A DNA stretch of 64,000 nucleotides. Source: Bigelowiella natans CCMP2755 (taxonomy: Eukaryota > Protista > Cercozoa). Each line of letters starts with the position of its first letter. Position 1 is the first letter of the stretch. The stretch spans positions 3,821 to 67,820 of the forward strand of contig ADNK01001995.1 in the NCBI GenBank assembly GCA_000320545.1. The letters run 5' to 3'. Below the pieces are notes generated by a model. It was not told where the DNA came from and made no database searches. It worked only from the letters and a program-made list of their open reading frames with translations. A program made the translations under genes and the position numbers. Positions 1-12,466 of this stretch are shown one piece after another.

Positions 1-1888
1 TAGGTCCTAGTTGCTATTGTCGTCTTTCTTTGCCTGGGTCAAACTGCCGTCACGTCATCCGAATTCGTGGAGGTAAACGGCGAAAAGCTGGTGAAGAGAA
101 CGATGATGCGGAGCCTGGTCGCCTGCGCCGATGCTCCAAGGTTCAGGAATAACAGTGCCGCACCCAATTCTTCATTCAAGATTTTGAACAGAAGTGATGA
201 AAATAGGAGGCAGTCGAGATCGCAGGAAACTGGCAGCGGATGTGGGAGAGTGAAGTTGATGTCCGTCAGGTCAGAACGTGAGCTCTCCCTTTCGCCTTTG
301 TATGCGTTATTGCATGTGGAGAAACAATAGTCTAATGCTCCACTCTTCTATGTTTTGTATATTCTTCTAAGCACAAGAACATGATGACGGACACGGTAGT
401 ATTGGCATTACCTTGCTCTCTCAATCCCCATCTCCCTACCTCTCTCACTCTCGCCCACGCGATTTCGAATTTTATATTATCATAGTCCTCCTCGAGTGCA
501 TATCAACCCATTAGCCCCTCACATATTAAAAAAATTGTAACATGCAACCACTGCGGATGGAGTCATATCTGGCAACACAACGCAGGTGAGGCTTTCGAGT
601 TATAAGGCTGCAATATCTCGCAATGTCAAAAATAAGGTTTACCTACCTTGATCACAGTAATATTCCATCCAATAAGACGTATCGGTGATGAATTGAATGC
701 GGAATTTGCTTACGATAATTACTGTCGAGAAGGTAGTCGTAGACATCGGTACAGGAGCTTTCGCGGTTCTGGCCATTCAATGCGCGGAGGCGGGCGCGGT
801 AAGATAGTAAGAGGAGTAGAAAGATAACTACAATATGGAGATGTGATTTACCGATCTACGGCTGATTATTTGCTAGAATAGTAATACGATTAAAGTGGGA
901 GATACTTATTCGAGGAGGAGAGAGGAAATTGTCGGTGTTTTCAGTAGGCACTATTAATATTTCGTCTAAGTCATATCTGTGAAGTAGCAGTAGTAGCAGT
1001 AGTTTCTCTTCGATCATTTTGCGTGTCATTATTGTTATTCTCTACCTCTCTTCCATCAGAAACACGTTTATGCGATCGAAGTCAATGGTTGTGAGAAAAC
1101 AGTCTCGAAGTCTTCTAAACACATGCATGCATGAATACACATATCAATGCGCACCCTCGCACGCAAGCATACACTAGGAAATGATTTACATTTTTTTTTC
1201 AGGCCATTTTTTGAGCGCCTCCACCAGCTCCCCCCCCCCCTCCCCTTTCCCACCATGCTTTCCCGTTTTTCTAAGCATTTTGTTGGAACTGATAATACTT
1301 TTGAAGCAACTCAACTGGCCGAGACCTAACGTTAATGTTTTATGTACAAGGGTGGCTTATCAAGAGCGCCCAGAGGGCTATTGCAGAATCCGGTCAATTT
1401 ATCCATCCAATCCCATCCCCTGCCTGATGCTTCGAGGAGAGATAAGAGATTGTTTTTACCCGAAAAGCCTTGTGTGCTTTAACGAGGTTTTGTCGCAATT
1501 AAAAGGCTATAAAAGTAGAATTACGCTCCTCAGAGGATACTCCACTCTCATTGCCCTGCGAGAGGTATCGATCGGAGTTCTCCATGCTCACGAGAATCGC
1601 ATCATACGAATGTCTACGAAAAAACGCGAAGGTAATGATGAAATGTGTACGTGTATCCTCCCTTAGAAAGTGGACATAATTGTGCACGAGGTGATCGGCA
1701 ACATCGCTTCTGAAGAGGTACAAACAGAGAAGGGGAGGGGGAGGGTGGGGGGGAAGATAGGGGCCCTTGTTTATTACCTGGCTGAGGTAGTATTAATTTA
1801 TAGATCAGTGTCCATCCAGCATGAATATTGCCTTAAAATCTAAAAAAACATTAAAAAAAAAGACGCTCCTTTATATCCCCCCCCCCCC

Positions 1889-1936
<48 letters not shown>

Positions 1937-3549
1937 GAATGTGCCTTCTTGCGAATGATGCATATACGCGATTTCTAAAGAATGAAATTAGAGGCTCACA
2001 CGAGCAAGCCTCCATCCCTGCAAAAGTGGAAACAATGGCGGGTGATCGAGAGGGAGAGTGGGGGAGGGGTTAGGGTTAGGAGAGTAGGGGGGGGGGGGGG
2101 ATCAGGGAGTGGTGCTTTTACAGTCTGTAGTCTATGTTATTCTCAAACGTAATCAGCCCTCGTCATATAAACCTTATGCAGTAATTGATAGAGGCCGCAC
2201 TTTATCCCCTTTCTACCCCCCCTCCCGTACCTCTAACAGTTCCCGTTACTCTACCTTCCAATGCACGGGATTGGAAGGGGGAACGGTGTCGCGCCAAGCG
2301 TGGAGTATTCAAGATGCTGCAGGCCTCGAGATCATGGTTCCTCGTTCCGAGGCCACAACCTATAGAGTGCTATGAGCTGGCCAGCGGCCCGGTGATAATT
2401 ACGATGCTCTTGGCGGAATTAGACCATTTAGATGATGTAGATGGTTTGGTAGATTTCAGTGAAGTCCCCTCCCCTCCTCTAACCTCCGAGTATCATCGTC
2501 TGTAGGTTGAATTGGTGTCGAGTCGAACCGTGCGGTTCTCCTTTTCAGCAGCAGCATTAGCAGCAGCGGCAAACCACGGAGGGGATGAGGGAAGGGCGAT
2601 CGACGGGTTTCTGCTCTACGTCGATGCATACCTAGACTCGGTACTGATGACGCCTTGTGATATTTTTGCGAAGGGGAGGTAATAGGCAAGAGAGAAGAAG
2701 GGAAGGGGGTGGGCAATACTTGCGACCACAAAGACCGACCTGCTGGGCGATAGTCTTCCTCTGAACACGCTTCCTCTGAACACGCACTACCTATGATGGG
2801 GTTTCTTGTTAGCTCGCAAACTTCACCACCTGGAGGAGCTCGACGAAGACAAGGGGCGACGACGACGATGAGGACGAGGAGGGTAAAGAGGAGGAGGAGG
2901 AGGAGGAGGAGGAGGAGGAGGAGATATATAGATAAAGCAATGATGCCAGAGCACGCGTGCACTTGCGCCTGTCTTTGCAATCGCTATATCGTACCTTCTC
3001 ACACAGATACAGCATTTTCATCTGCCATCGCATTCGAAATGCCATGCCTTACCACGATGATCACACATAAGAACGACGAATAGTAACGGTAATATTGCAT
3101 ACTTCTCCTGCTTTATTTTGCTTTTCCTTATACGGTTACAAGTATCACGTCCGTATAAGCGTTTTGAAGGTGTGCCTGTATTCAACCCGTGATCAACCCG
3201 GGATGCTAATCCTTCACTCCTCCCCCCCCCAATTCTCTTATGATCTACTTCGATCAAGTAGCACCGGCCAAATCTATTGGCCTCCCCTCGACCAAAAACT
3301 GGCAACTGGTCTTTGTTGGGTTCGGAGGGGTGATGCGTGCAAAGGAGGGGGACACCATTGAGCTTAAGATGGAAGCTGATCTAAGGGCATACCCCCCTAG
3401 GTATTGTGTGATTTTCGAATAATACAGGATAACATTGAACAATCTTGCTCAGCGGCGATCTTCGTCATAAAGCGACAACTTATATCCGAATATCTCATCT
3501 CTGTGTTCTAATGTTCTACCTCACTATATCCAATATATAAAAGTGTAGA
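1..3549 (+). CDS. Protein arginine methyltransferase-like SAM-dependent methyltransferase (multi-exon, 5' end outside window, 3' end approximate)
   Basis: Joining GT-AG exons gives WQRMWESEVDVRQ-HKNMMTDT-VRLSSYKAAISRNVKNK-VVVDIGTGAFAVLAIQCAEAGA-HVYAIEVN...KVDIIVHEVIGNIASEEG...KNWQLVF. These match the PRMT HxxMxxDxxR helix, motif I, post-I, the double-E loop and a THW-like loop. Confidence 0.8.
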
Positions 3550-3592
3550 GGGAGAGAGAGAGAAGAATAAGAAAATAAAAGAAAAATGAGAG

Positions 3593-3637
<45 letters not shown>

Positions 3638-4344
3638 AGAACAATTTGTTTGGTATATCAAGGTACGAATTCCGAGCTCGTGTGATGTTACAGAATTGTC
3701 CGCCAAACACATGCTCACAAGAATGTAAAGAACGGAGGCATAATTCTAGCAGTCATTCTCTGTCAGAGTTTGGCCCCCCAGTGGTGCTGCAAGGCGCTTA
3801 TTAGTAGCTTGTATTGATTTGAACGTTGCATTGGTGTCTAAAACACGTATCTGCCCAGCTAGCAAGCACAGCTAAACAGCTAGTTGATGATCGAACAACA
3901 GCTCAAAACGTCAAATGACATGAGCATAGCAAATAAGTGGATATACATACACACTAAGAACACATGTCCTAGAGGGGGTACACTCTATAGCTCTATTGGC
4001 TGTGTATTTTGCATTGCAATACGTAGTGCCGTGCGGCAGCATGCTGTCGAGGGTTTGCCTTGAACTATGCAACATGTACGCGAAAGCTTGCAGGACAAAA
4101 CTTCTGTTGATTTCTAGCTACATGATAAAGATAAACGTCACATGCTCGACCTTTAATTTAACAATATACGAATGGGCAGCACTTGATGATTTGCAAGACT
4201 ATGATGAGCTATGCTAATAATGATGGAACAACTATAAGTTTGTGAGTTAATGATTTGATGTTGCCACCTCCTCGCACTAAATTAAGAATATTGCATTTTA
4301 CTGGCGAAGAGGATGTACATCATGTGAGTACTGATCCATCATCA

Positions 4345-5133
4345 TCAGGCGATCTGAGGATTATCGTGACTGAGGTCATCATTGAGGTCTTCAACTTCTA
4401 CCCCATCTCCGACCTGTTGCAACTGCTCATGGCTGCTGCCACCTATCTTCCCATCTCCAGTTTCCGTTGAAGTTACCTCGACGATGTCAATCTTGAACAT
4501 TTCAGGTTCCTTTTCGGGGAGCGTAAGGACGAGTGAGCTGGTGTCCTTGTGCCAGGCCACAGCGATACGATCGCGTGCTATGGAGGTGGGGAGATTGATT
4601 TGACGGGAATATGTCTCTTCCTTGCCAAGAAGCTCCTCCGATATATCGCGGCAGTGGCATTTTTCCACCTCTTCGGTCTTTTCTGGAATGAGCTCTTTGG
4701 TCCACTTTCGTGAAGCCTTAATGGAGAGTGTGTCGCCGTGCGTAATGACTTGGATGTCCTCCGACTTCACGCCTGGTAATGTAACCTTTACTGTATGAGC
4801 AAGAAGTGAACCAGATACCGTGTTATCCTTCTCTCCTATGCGTTCACTCTGGACGTCCATCATCGCATTCGCGATGCTGTTTTTCCGAATTTCCCGATTG
4901 TACTCGGCGCATGTTTGCGCGCAGCGAAACTGGCGACCAAAATGCTCCATGACATCCTTGTGGTATTGTGAAGAGGGCTCCCACTCAAATTCTGGGAACC
5001 CCCAGCTCATAATCTCGAACAGGTTCGGATTCGGCCGTATGAATCGAGCCTGGGTTGGCTGCGCTGCCACGACGAGTAGCATGAACGCTGTGACGAGGTA
5101 TTTGTTTCTCATGGCACTAGTAATGGCTTTCAT
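4345..5133 (-). CDS. Small heat-shock protein (HSP20/alpha-crystallin domain) with N-terminal signal peptide, single exon
   Basis: VKVTLPGVKSEDIQV...LSIKA...YSRQINLP...LVLTLPEK alpha-crystallin pattern; hydrophobic leader YLVTAFMLLVVAAQPTQA. Confidence 0.9.
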   Translation of the reverse strand: MKAITSAMRNKYLVTAFMLLVVAAQPTQARFIRPNPNLFEIMSWGFPEFEWEPSSQYHKDVMEHFGRQFRCAQTCAEYNREIRKNSIANAMMDVQSERIGEKDNTVSGSLLAHTVKVTLPGVKSEDIQVITHGDTLSIKASRKWTKELIPEKTEEVEKCHCRDISEELLGKEETYSRQINLPTSIARDRIAVAWHKDTSSLVLTLPEKEPEMFKIDIVEVTSTETGDGKIGGSSHEQLQQVGDGVEVEDLNDDLSHDNPQIA

Positions 5134-5339
5134 CTTTGCTTAGTATCTTTTAGATGTGCTGGGGACTGGTTCTGCTTGAGCGTATTGTCTCTGGTGATTC
5201 GTTTGGATTGTGTGCCAGTGGAAGAGTCAGAGGTGTGGCCTCATACAGCCTCCTCGGATACCCACTTCTGGCGATGGTCGCTGAGTCAGCCCAAAAAACA
5301 CGTGGAATGCAGGCCTTTTAATTTGGAAATTTGCGGGTT

Positions 5340-5560
5340 TACAGAAAATCTCGAACACAATCGCGAAGGAGAAGTTTCTGGAACCCAGACGAATTCCCGC
5401 GAAGGATTTCCAAAGGTTTCGGAAGTTTCGGAAGAATCCGGAACTGACTCATCGCGAGTCTTCCCCGAAAAACCCGTGGTTTTTGGTCAGCGACACGCCT
5501 TAAGAGCGAAGTTCTTTTCCGGACTAGCATGTCCTTTCCGCGAAAATTCCTTTTCTGAAA
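5340..5560. promoter_or_regulatory. Heat-shock-element cluster upstream of HSP20 (shared head-to-head promoter with the amidase gene)
   Basis: Perfect GAAgtTTCtgGAA at 5371-5383 plus many further GAA/TTC half-sites (e.g. 5416-5434). Confidence 0.7.
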
Positions 5561-5675
5561 ACGTAGAATCTCATGCCATTTTTGCATCGCGTCATTCCAG
5601 ATATCGGCTAAAAGACGAAAAATCGCTGCTGTTTTCTTTCAACTCTAGGTGCTCGTATGCCATCCCCCTACGGGT

Positions 5676-8187
5676 ATGCAAGGTAGGATGGGTCGACGCT
5701 GGTTTGCTACGTCAGCATCCAGCAATTCTTGCGCTGCCTACAGAGGAAGACCGTCAACAATCAAGCGTCATAGCTTAGACCCTTTCATCAAGCGGTTTAG
5801 TCAGCCACGTTTCTTTGTAAATCCTTCTTCCGACGCTCCGCTCAAAGGGCTAAGATTTGCTGCGAAGGATAACCTTGATGTGAGAGGAACAGTGACGGGT
5901 GTTGGCTCGCCCAAGTGGGCCTCACAGGCAGCTCCAGCTACAAGAGGTAGATATTCGCAGAGATGCAACTGAATAACCACTTACGTCACAGCCACTGTCT
6001 TCCTCCTCCATCTACTACAAGCATACCCACACTCTCTCTCTCTCTCACACACACACACCAGTGCACACCCACGCATACATCCTAGAAGATTCAACGTGTT
6101 TCTCAGAAGTGCGGTTTGTTGTTTTCCTCTCGCACGACAGATGCGCTCATAGTCGAGGAGCTTCTGCGAGGTGGCGCCTGCCTTGTTGGAAAGGTGTAGG
6201 GTGCCATCTTGATGTGTTGCTACTGATGTTTCATCTATCACCTCCACGTTCCTATTAGCAAAAAAATAGTTTTGCAGCGCGGCACTCATGGAACATTCAC
6301 ATCATGGTGATAACTAGACACACATGGATGAGCTAGCATATAGCATCTCTGGAGATAACTGGCATTACGGCGACTGTCTAAACCCAAAGTATCGCAGCAT
6401 GCCCCCTCTCCTCTCCCCCCCTCTTTCTATGACTAGATAACTATCAAAATTTCGGTGTTTGCTCAGCAAAGCTGCTGTTTCCTAAAGACTGGCCACCAAA
6501 TTCTCCTCCACATCCCCAGATATGCAACCCAAATTTGTTTGTTTTCACAACGATAACGCCGACACTTAGATTTCCTGGCCTGGCAGTTGGAGGGAGTTCG
6601 AGTGGCTCGGCTGCAGCTGTGGCAGAGGGGGAGGGGACGGGAGGAAAATTCGACCTGGATTTCTCTCTAGGAACGGACACGTGCGGGTGAAGCTAGCTCA
6701 CCCGTTATGATTTACATTCCGATTGCAGATGTCCCATGTGGGTGTTCCACATTGTACGCAGCGCTTCATCGAACCTCTAAAGAATACTCTTCTCCCTTGA
6801 AATATAACCAATATCTTCTTGTGTCATCTATCACGATTTCTCCACTTACCGACATCGTTATCATTATCAGTGTATTGTTTTCTTGCGCGCAGATCCGTTC
6901 GTGTGCCCGCTGCCTACTGCGGCTTGTTTGGCATTCGTACGACTCATGGATTAGTACGCTCGGAAGGGTTAGAGCATATGGCTGAGTCGTTTGACAGCAT
7001 AGGATGGTTTTCACGCGATGCAGACATGCTCTGCAAAATTACCGATTTTGTCGTGTCTTCTCAAGCAGCAACGAAAGGGGCTGGAGGTGAAGTGGAGAGA
7101 GTGTTTGCAGAAACGGCCTCCTCCTCCTCCTCGTTTTCTTCGTCGCCATTTTCTAGCGGTGTAGAGAGAGGAATGGTTCGCAAAATCTTCGTGGCAGAGG
7201 ACCTTCTCGCGAACTCGAGCCTGCCTCCAAAAGCCCTGAAACAGCTCAAGCTGAAGGTAGATACCAACAACAAACATCATTAACAATTGTCTATTGATGT
7301 ACAGGACTAGAGATCGATCCTACCAAATGTTACCGAATCGCATCAGCTTGTTGGAGCTCGATTTAGTCTCCCCACACATACGAGCAACACCTCCAATCTT
7401 CCACAATTGATCCTTTCTGCATCTCTTTCAGACGCGTGCGGCCGCGGCGGCATTGTCAGAAGCATACGGTGCGTCAATAGAAGAGATATCGGTGGAGGCC
7501 TGGCTCAGAGAGCAGCTACCTGATATCCTTTCATGGTCGCCAACATCTACAGTTTCAGAAGGGGACAACAAAAGCCAGAGCCCTCCTTCCTCTGCCCCTC
7601 CCCCCTCATCACCGCCGTCCGCCCTCGCTGCAGCCACAGCCGTCATGCGGACGCTTATCATGTACGAAAGCTGGCAAGCACTTGGAAGATTTTATGAGGG
7701 GGAGGAGGAGCAGCGAAAACTGCGACCAGATGACCTGCCGCACACCATCGGTCTTGATGTCGCGGAGCGATTGCAGGCGTCCCGCGCTGTGGGGAGAATT
7801 CGTGCCGCGGAGGCCGCTGAGATGAAGCGCAAATTTGTCGGGGTAGTGCATGATGCCTTGCTCGAGTTGGACGATGGCGGCAGCGCCTTGTTGCTCATGC
7901 CGACGATTCCCGGCATCCCCCCCGCTGCTGGTCTCGAGAATGTTGTCGGGGCCCAAATCCGCACCGCGACGTTCGAGTTGCTGGCTGTGTCAGGCTTGGG
8001 GTCAACACCACAAGCAGTGTGCCCTCTTGGCAGCTTCGAAAATGTCACTGACAACAGTGCGACAGCGGCGGCAAATCCGCCCAGAATACCGCTGTCGCTT
8101 TCCGTTGTTGGCCCTCGTTACTCAGACGTAGAATGCTGCAGAGCAGTGTCCTTTATTGCCAAAAGCGAGGCTTGTTCTTCCTGTTGA
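5676..8187 (+). CDS. Amidase-signature family protein (AMI1-like), multi-exon
   Basis: PLKGLRFAAKDNLDV (catalytic Lys), HMDELAYSISG, GGSSSGSAAAV, LGTDTCG|SVRVPAAYCG, PLSLSVVGPR; start codon uncertain. Confidence 0.9.
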
Positions 8188-8840
8188 TAGAAACGAAAGA
8201 TGCTAAGTAGTTAGCAAGCATGCTTGGAGTTAGATACATGCACACAACAGCACATGCACGATATCGCCTCGCAACTCGATCTAACATCAGCATGCAGCAT
8301 GGAGTCATCCAAGCTTGTGACACATATGAGTGCATATGGATTGCACTTTATCTATTTCTACATATACAAGGCATTAGTTGAGTCTATTGCAGCATGTACA
8401 AGTATTATTACGTTGCCTAAATTGAATTAAAATTCATTGCTGACAGTCCTGCCGAGCGACAATGCCATCGATTTGGCCTGTGCATAACTTGCTATTTGCT
8501 TCATGTCGCAATATTTGCTGCAGTCGTTTTGGACATCATATTGCAAAGCTGCTGCTTGTTCAGCGGAAGTGCGTCGCAACAAAATGAACTGCTATCTGTC
8601 GTAAAACATGCACACAGCTGATAGCGCGAGCATGTGCAAGATGATGTCTAATTAAAAGACATCATGTGAAATAAAACAATTGTAACACGTGCGACATACT
8701 GATATATACGTAGGACTATAGCAAATTACCCAATTTTGAATTTATTAAATGTTGGTTAGTCCAAATCCGTTTCTTTCTGATATTGCCTACATCGCTCAGT
8801 TTTTTGAGTCGAAGGCACGTTCAACTACAGCAAGGTACTC

Positions 8841-11094
8841 TTATTCTCCCACTGGATACGCGTCGTGATCACCGCCGTATTTCTTCTCCAGAACGTCTAC
8901 GATGAGGATGACAATGAAAGGAACGTAATATACATGTGTTTGCTGTTCTTATTGTTTTTAGCCCTGAAATATGGCGTAAATTGTGGTACCTTTATCGATG
9001 TACTCGAATAGCGTCTTTGTATCTTCTTGTCCAATGAAACACACCTAGATATGATTGAAATGATAGCAACAACAAACAGCTCACTACACAGAGGAATTTT
9101 TCTTTTTAAAGGCTGGTCGGTCCTGCAGATAGCAAGATGCATCCCATACGAGAATAGCAACGACAACGACAACAACCACAACCACAACAACATCGAAGAA
9201 GTCACCTTCGAAGCAGTGCGAGGATTGAGCCAGCCTTTGATTATCGCCCACGTGGCATTGAATATCCAAGGTGTGTTGACGAGAAGCGCTGCGTACAGGA
9301 GAACAGATGCCCACGCACAAACACACGTAACACACTCAAGATCCCTCTATTTTGACGAAAGCAGCCGCAGTGTGGGGTCCAAAGGGCTCTTTGGTTTTTG
9401 GTATTTGTTTTTTCAGTAGAACAACGCAAACGTTTCTGATGCTGTAGGTGTGAAATGAAAAGGCTACACCCTCTCATCTCCCTCGACTAGGGAGGGGGCT
9501 GCTAATTGTAGCTGCGAAATCACTCTCCCGTGCACTGCTCCCCTCTCGCGTTCTTTTCTATTCTTTATATCAAACCCTTTGACAAGCGCTCCGGATAGTA
9601 CTGCTGGAGGATAGTAACTGCACTGTAAATCATTTGCATGTTCCAGTTCTACGCAACAGACAGGGGGAGGGGGGGCGGGGGGTTTTGTTTATACACATAA
9701 CGCGCATGGAAGAGACATTAATTGTATATGCTGTTCAGCAAGATGCGCTTCTAAATGCTATTCCCATCGTCGATGTACCTGCAAGCCCCAATCCGCCATG
9801 TCAATTAGCACGACAAACTGGTAGTTGCCCTGCGAATAGGATGAGTTAGCGTGATAAACACGAGGAAGAAGAAGGGGTCACAAGAGATTGGTCGGGAGGA
9901 GATGAAACGAGGATTCATCACTTTTTTGCCAGGAGCTTTATGATACACCGAAAGCTGTGAGAGCTGGAGTGATTTACCGCCTACCTACCTTCGCTTGCTT
10001 GATCGCCTTCTCTAAGAAGTACAGGATCATCCTTTCGAACTCTTCGACGGTGTACTCGGAAGGCTGCACACAAACAACACGCAACTGATGATGAAGCGCA
10101 TATGTTATGAGGAATACCGTTTGCATTTCCAGCAGCAGCCGTCGCAAAAATGAGGCAATAACATGAGAAAAAGCATGGAGCTGCCTCCTATGCCTTTCCC
10201 CTTAACATATTCAACCCCCCCACCCTTTTCAATTTTCCTACTATTCACCACTGGTATCAGCACCTGCCACAACGCTGAGCTGCCCTTCAGAATCATGCTT
10301 CCGTTTCTCCCATGGCCACAGAAGCGCATCATTCCTTGCTTAATCGCAACCGAGCATTCCTTTGGATTCGCCTCCTCCGGTTTTGCATCGGCTCTCCACT
10401 TTACAGCTGCGTCTATGTGCAGACGGGGGATAGGGGAAGGCAGCAGGAGGAGGAGGAGGAGGAGGAGGAGGAATAGGAGGAGGATAAGGGGATGACGGAA
10501 AGTTCAATGAAGAATAGTATGGAGTTAACGTAACATCTGCACGCATCGCACGTTGATAAGTGCACACAGCAAAGCGCCCGTGGATTTCATCTACAATTCG
10601 AAACTTTATATCTATCGTCGTCGTTGTTGCTTGCGACCATTACGCCACAAAAACGAAGAAGGGGTTGCTGTTGTCATTGTCATCATTGTTGTCACTGTTG
10701 CTGTTGTTGTTGTTGTTGTTGTTACTATTGAACTGTGTTTCGCATGAATGAATGGTCACCAGACCGAATTGGGCTTCTGCCTTGTCCATATCGAAGTTGT
10801 TTGCGACGAGGAAGCGGAGATATGTCGTCTCATTCAGGGCGTGGCTCTCATCCAATTTGACCTATTATTTTGAATCCCAAAAACTTAATAGTTACACGAC
10901 AAAACTCATACGCCAGAAAAATGAATGCCTCATCTATGGGCTCAAACCTTCTTCTCCTTAAGACGCTCCGAGAAGTCGTCCATTTTCTTCTTCTCTTCAT
11001 CCCCCATTGCCTCAAGCATATCCTGTATTTTACCCCCACTCACAGATAGACACGTCTGCTTCGGTTCTTCCTTGGACTCCTTCGTATTGAGTCA
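8841..11094 (-). CDS. CRAL-TRIO/Sec14 lipid-binding domain protein, multi-exon (5' end approximate)
   Basis: Exons TYLRFLVANNFDMDKAEAQF, AAVKWRAD, RMILYFLEKAI, FVVLIDMADWG, LQQYYPERLSK, LEKKYGG. Confidence 0.85.
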
Positions 11095-11698
11095 AAATGA
11101 AAAGAAGGCGGCGCCTAGGCTAAAATGAGAAGGAGACGATGCTAACCCATTCCACAACACCATCAAGGTCCCCCCCCATACCTCTCCATAGCCTAGCAAA
11201 CTGGACAGCATCAATCCAGGCTCCAGTTGTGTTACTTTCTTCGCTGGTCCGCTGCCGAAAATACAACGACGTGCCAGCAGGGGGGGGGCAATGTCGACTG
11301 TACCCTCCTATTTAATGTGAAAATTCGAAAAATCATGTCGATGCTGCATAAATTCGCCTTGTATTTTCCAACTTTCGGCAGTCGCCGAGTTGCACGGCGA
11401 GATTACTGCATGATTTTAATTCACAAATGTTGTCGCTTAGGTGTTTCCTAAGGGTATGATGGCCGATTACTCGGGTAGTCCCCTCTTGAGATCAATCCAT
11501 TCTTGTTTTGGACAGCGACTCCAAAAGTAGTTTGTCGTAAATAAAAAAAGGAAAACCCTCTCTATTCTCGAATCGGTTTTTGGCCTATGGAGGAGAAAGA
11601 TGAGATAAAACAATGAGATTTTTGCTAGAAGAAAAGAAATATACGTCGCAGAATATTTAAATCCGCCTTAGCTTTATGTGTTTCTTTTCACATTTAGG

Positions 11699-12432
11699 TC
11701 TTAAACGCCAGTCTATCACGAAGGCCGTTTCGGTGGCAACGGCCCACCGCCTTTTTGTTCCCGCGAACCGATTCTTCTCTCCAGTGACAGGTGAGGACCA
11801 AATCAAAAAGGGATGGGGAATATATGTCTATGGAATTTCAAATGCTGCTATTGCACGGCTTTCAGAGAATCTGATTTACCAGAATCTCATTGTTATCGAA
11901 GCGTTCTCCATGGAGATCAGTTTGTGAAGCCCTTAACTCATAACACGTTCATTCTGCTTAGGACCACGGACATTGTATCTCATAGAGGCTTAGTGCTATG
12001 GGAGCCGCACAGCTCAAAGGTAAAGAAGCTGCGTGAAACAGGAAGGGTGCAATTGGAGACTGAGATGTGTGTGTGGTGGCAACCAGGTACCCGGCCTGCT
12101 GATGAGGATGAAGTGCAGGAAGAAATGCGCAAACTCATCGCGAAGTATAAAGCTGAGTTTCCGGTATGAATATATATTGGAATGTATTGTTATAGTCATT
12201 TCCATGACTGCAAAGAATCTTTGTCGCGCTTGTGTTCGATAGGAGGACGACAGCGACGAAGATGAGGATGAGGATGAAGATGACGACTCCGATCTAGATG
12301 ATGAAGAAAGGGAGGCGAAGAACAGGGAAAGGGAGCTTAAAAAAATGAAGAAAGATAGGGAGCGCCAGCGGCGTCGCCGAGAATATCTCGAAAGACATAG
12401 GAAGGTTGTATTATAAATACAATGCTCACAGA

Positions 12433-12466
<34 letters not shown>

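Noticed and set aside
2066-2080. GGGTTAGGGTTAGG telomere-like motif
   Set aside because: Only about two units inside a G-rich intron; not an interstitial telomere array.
5176-5778. 200-aa plus-strand ORF
   Set aside because: Spans the HSE-rich promoter, has no homology signal and a non-ATG start.
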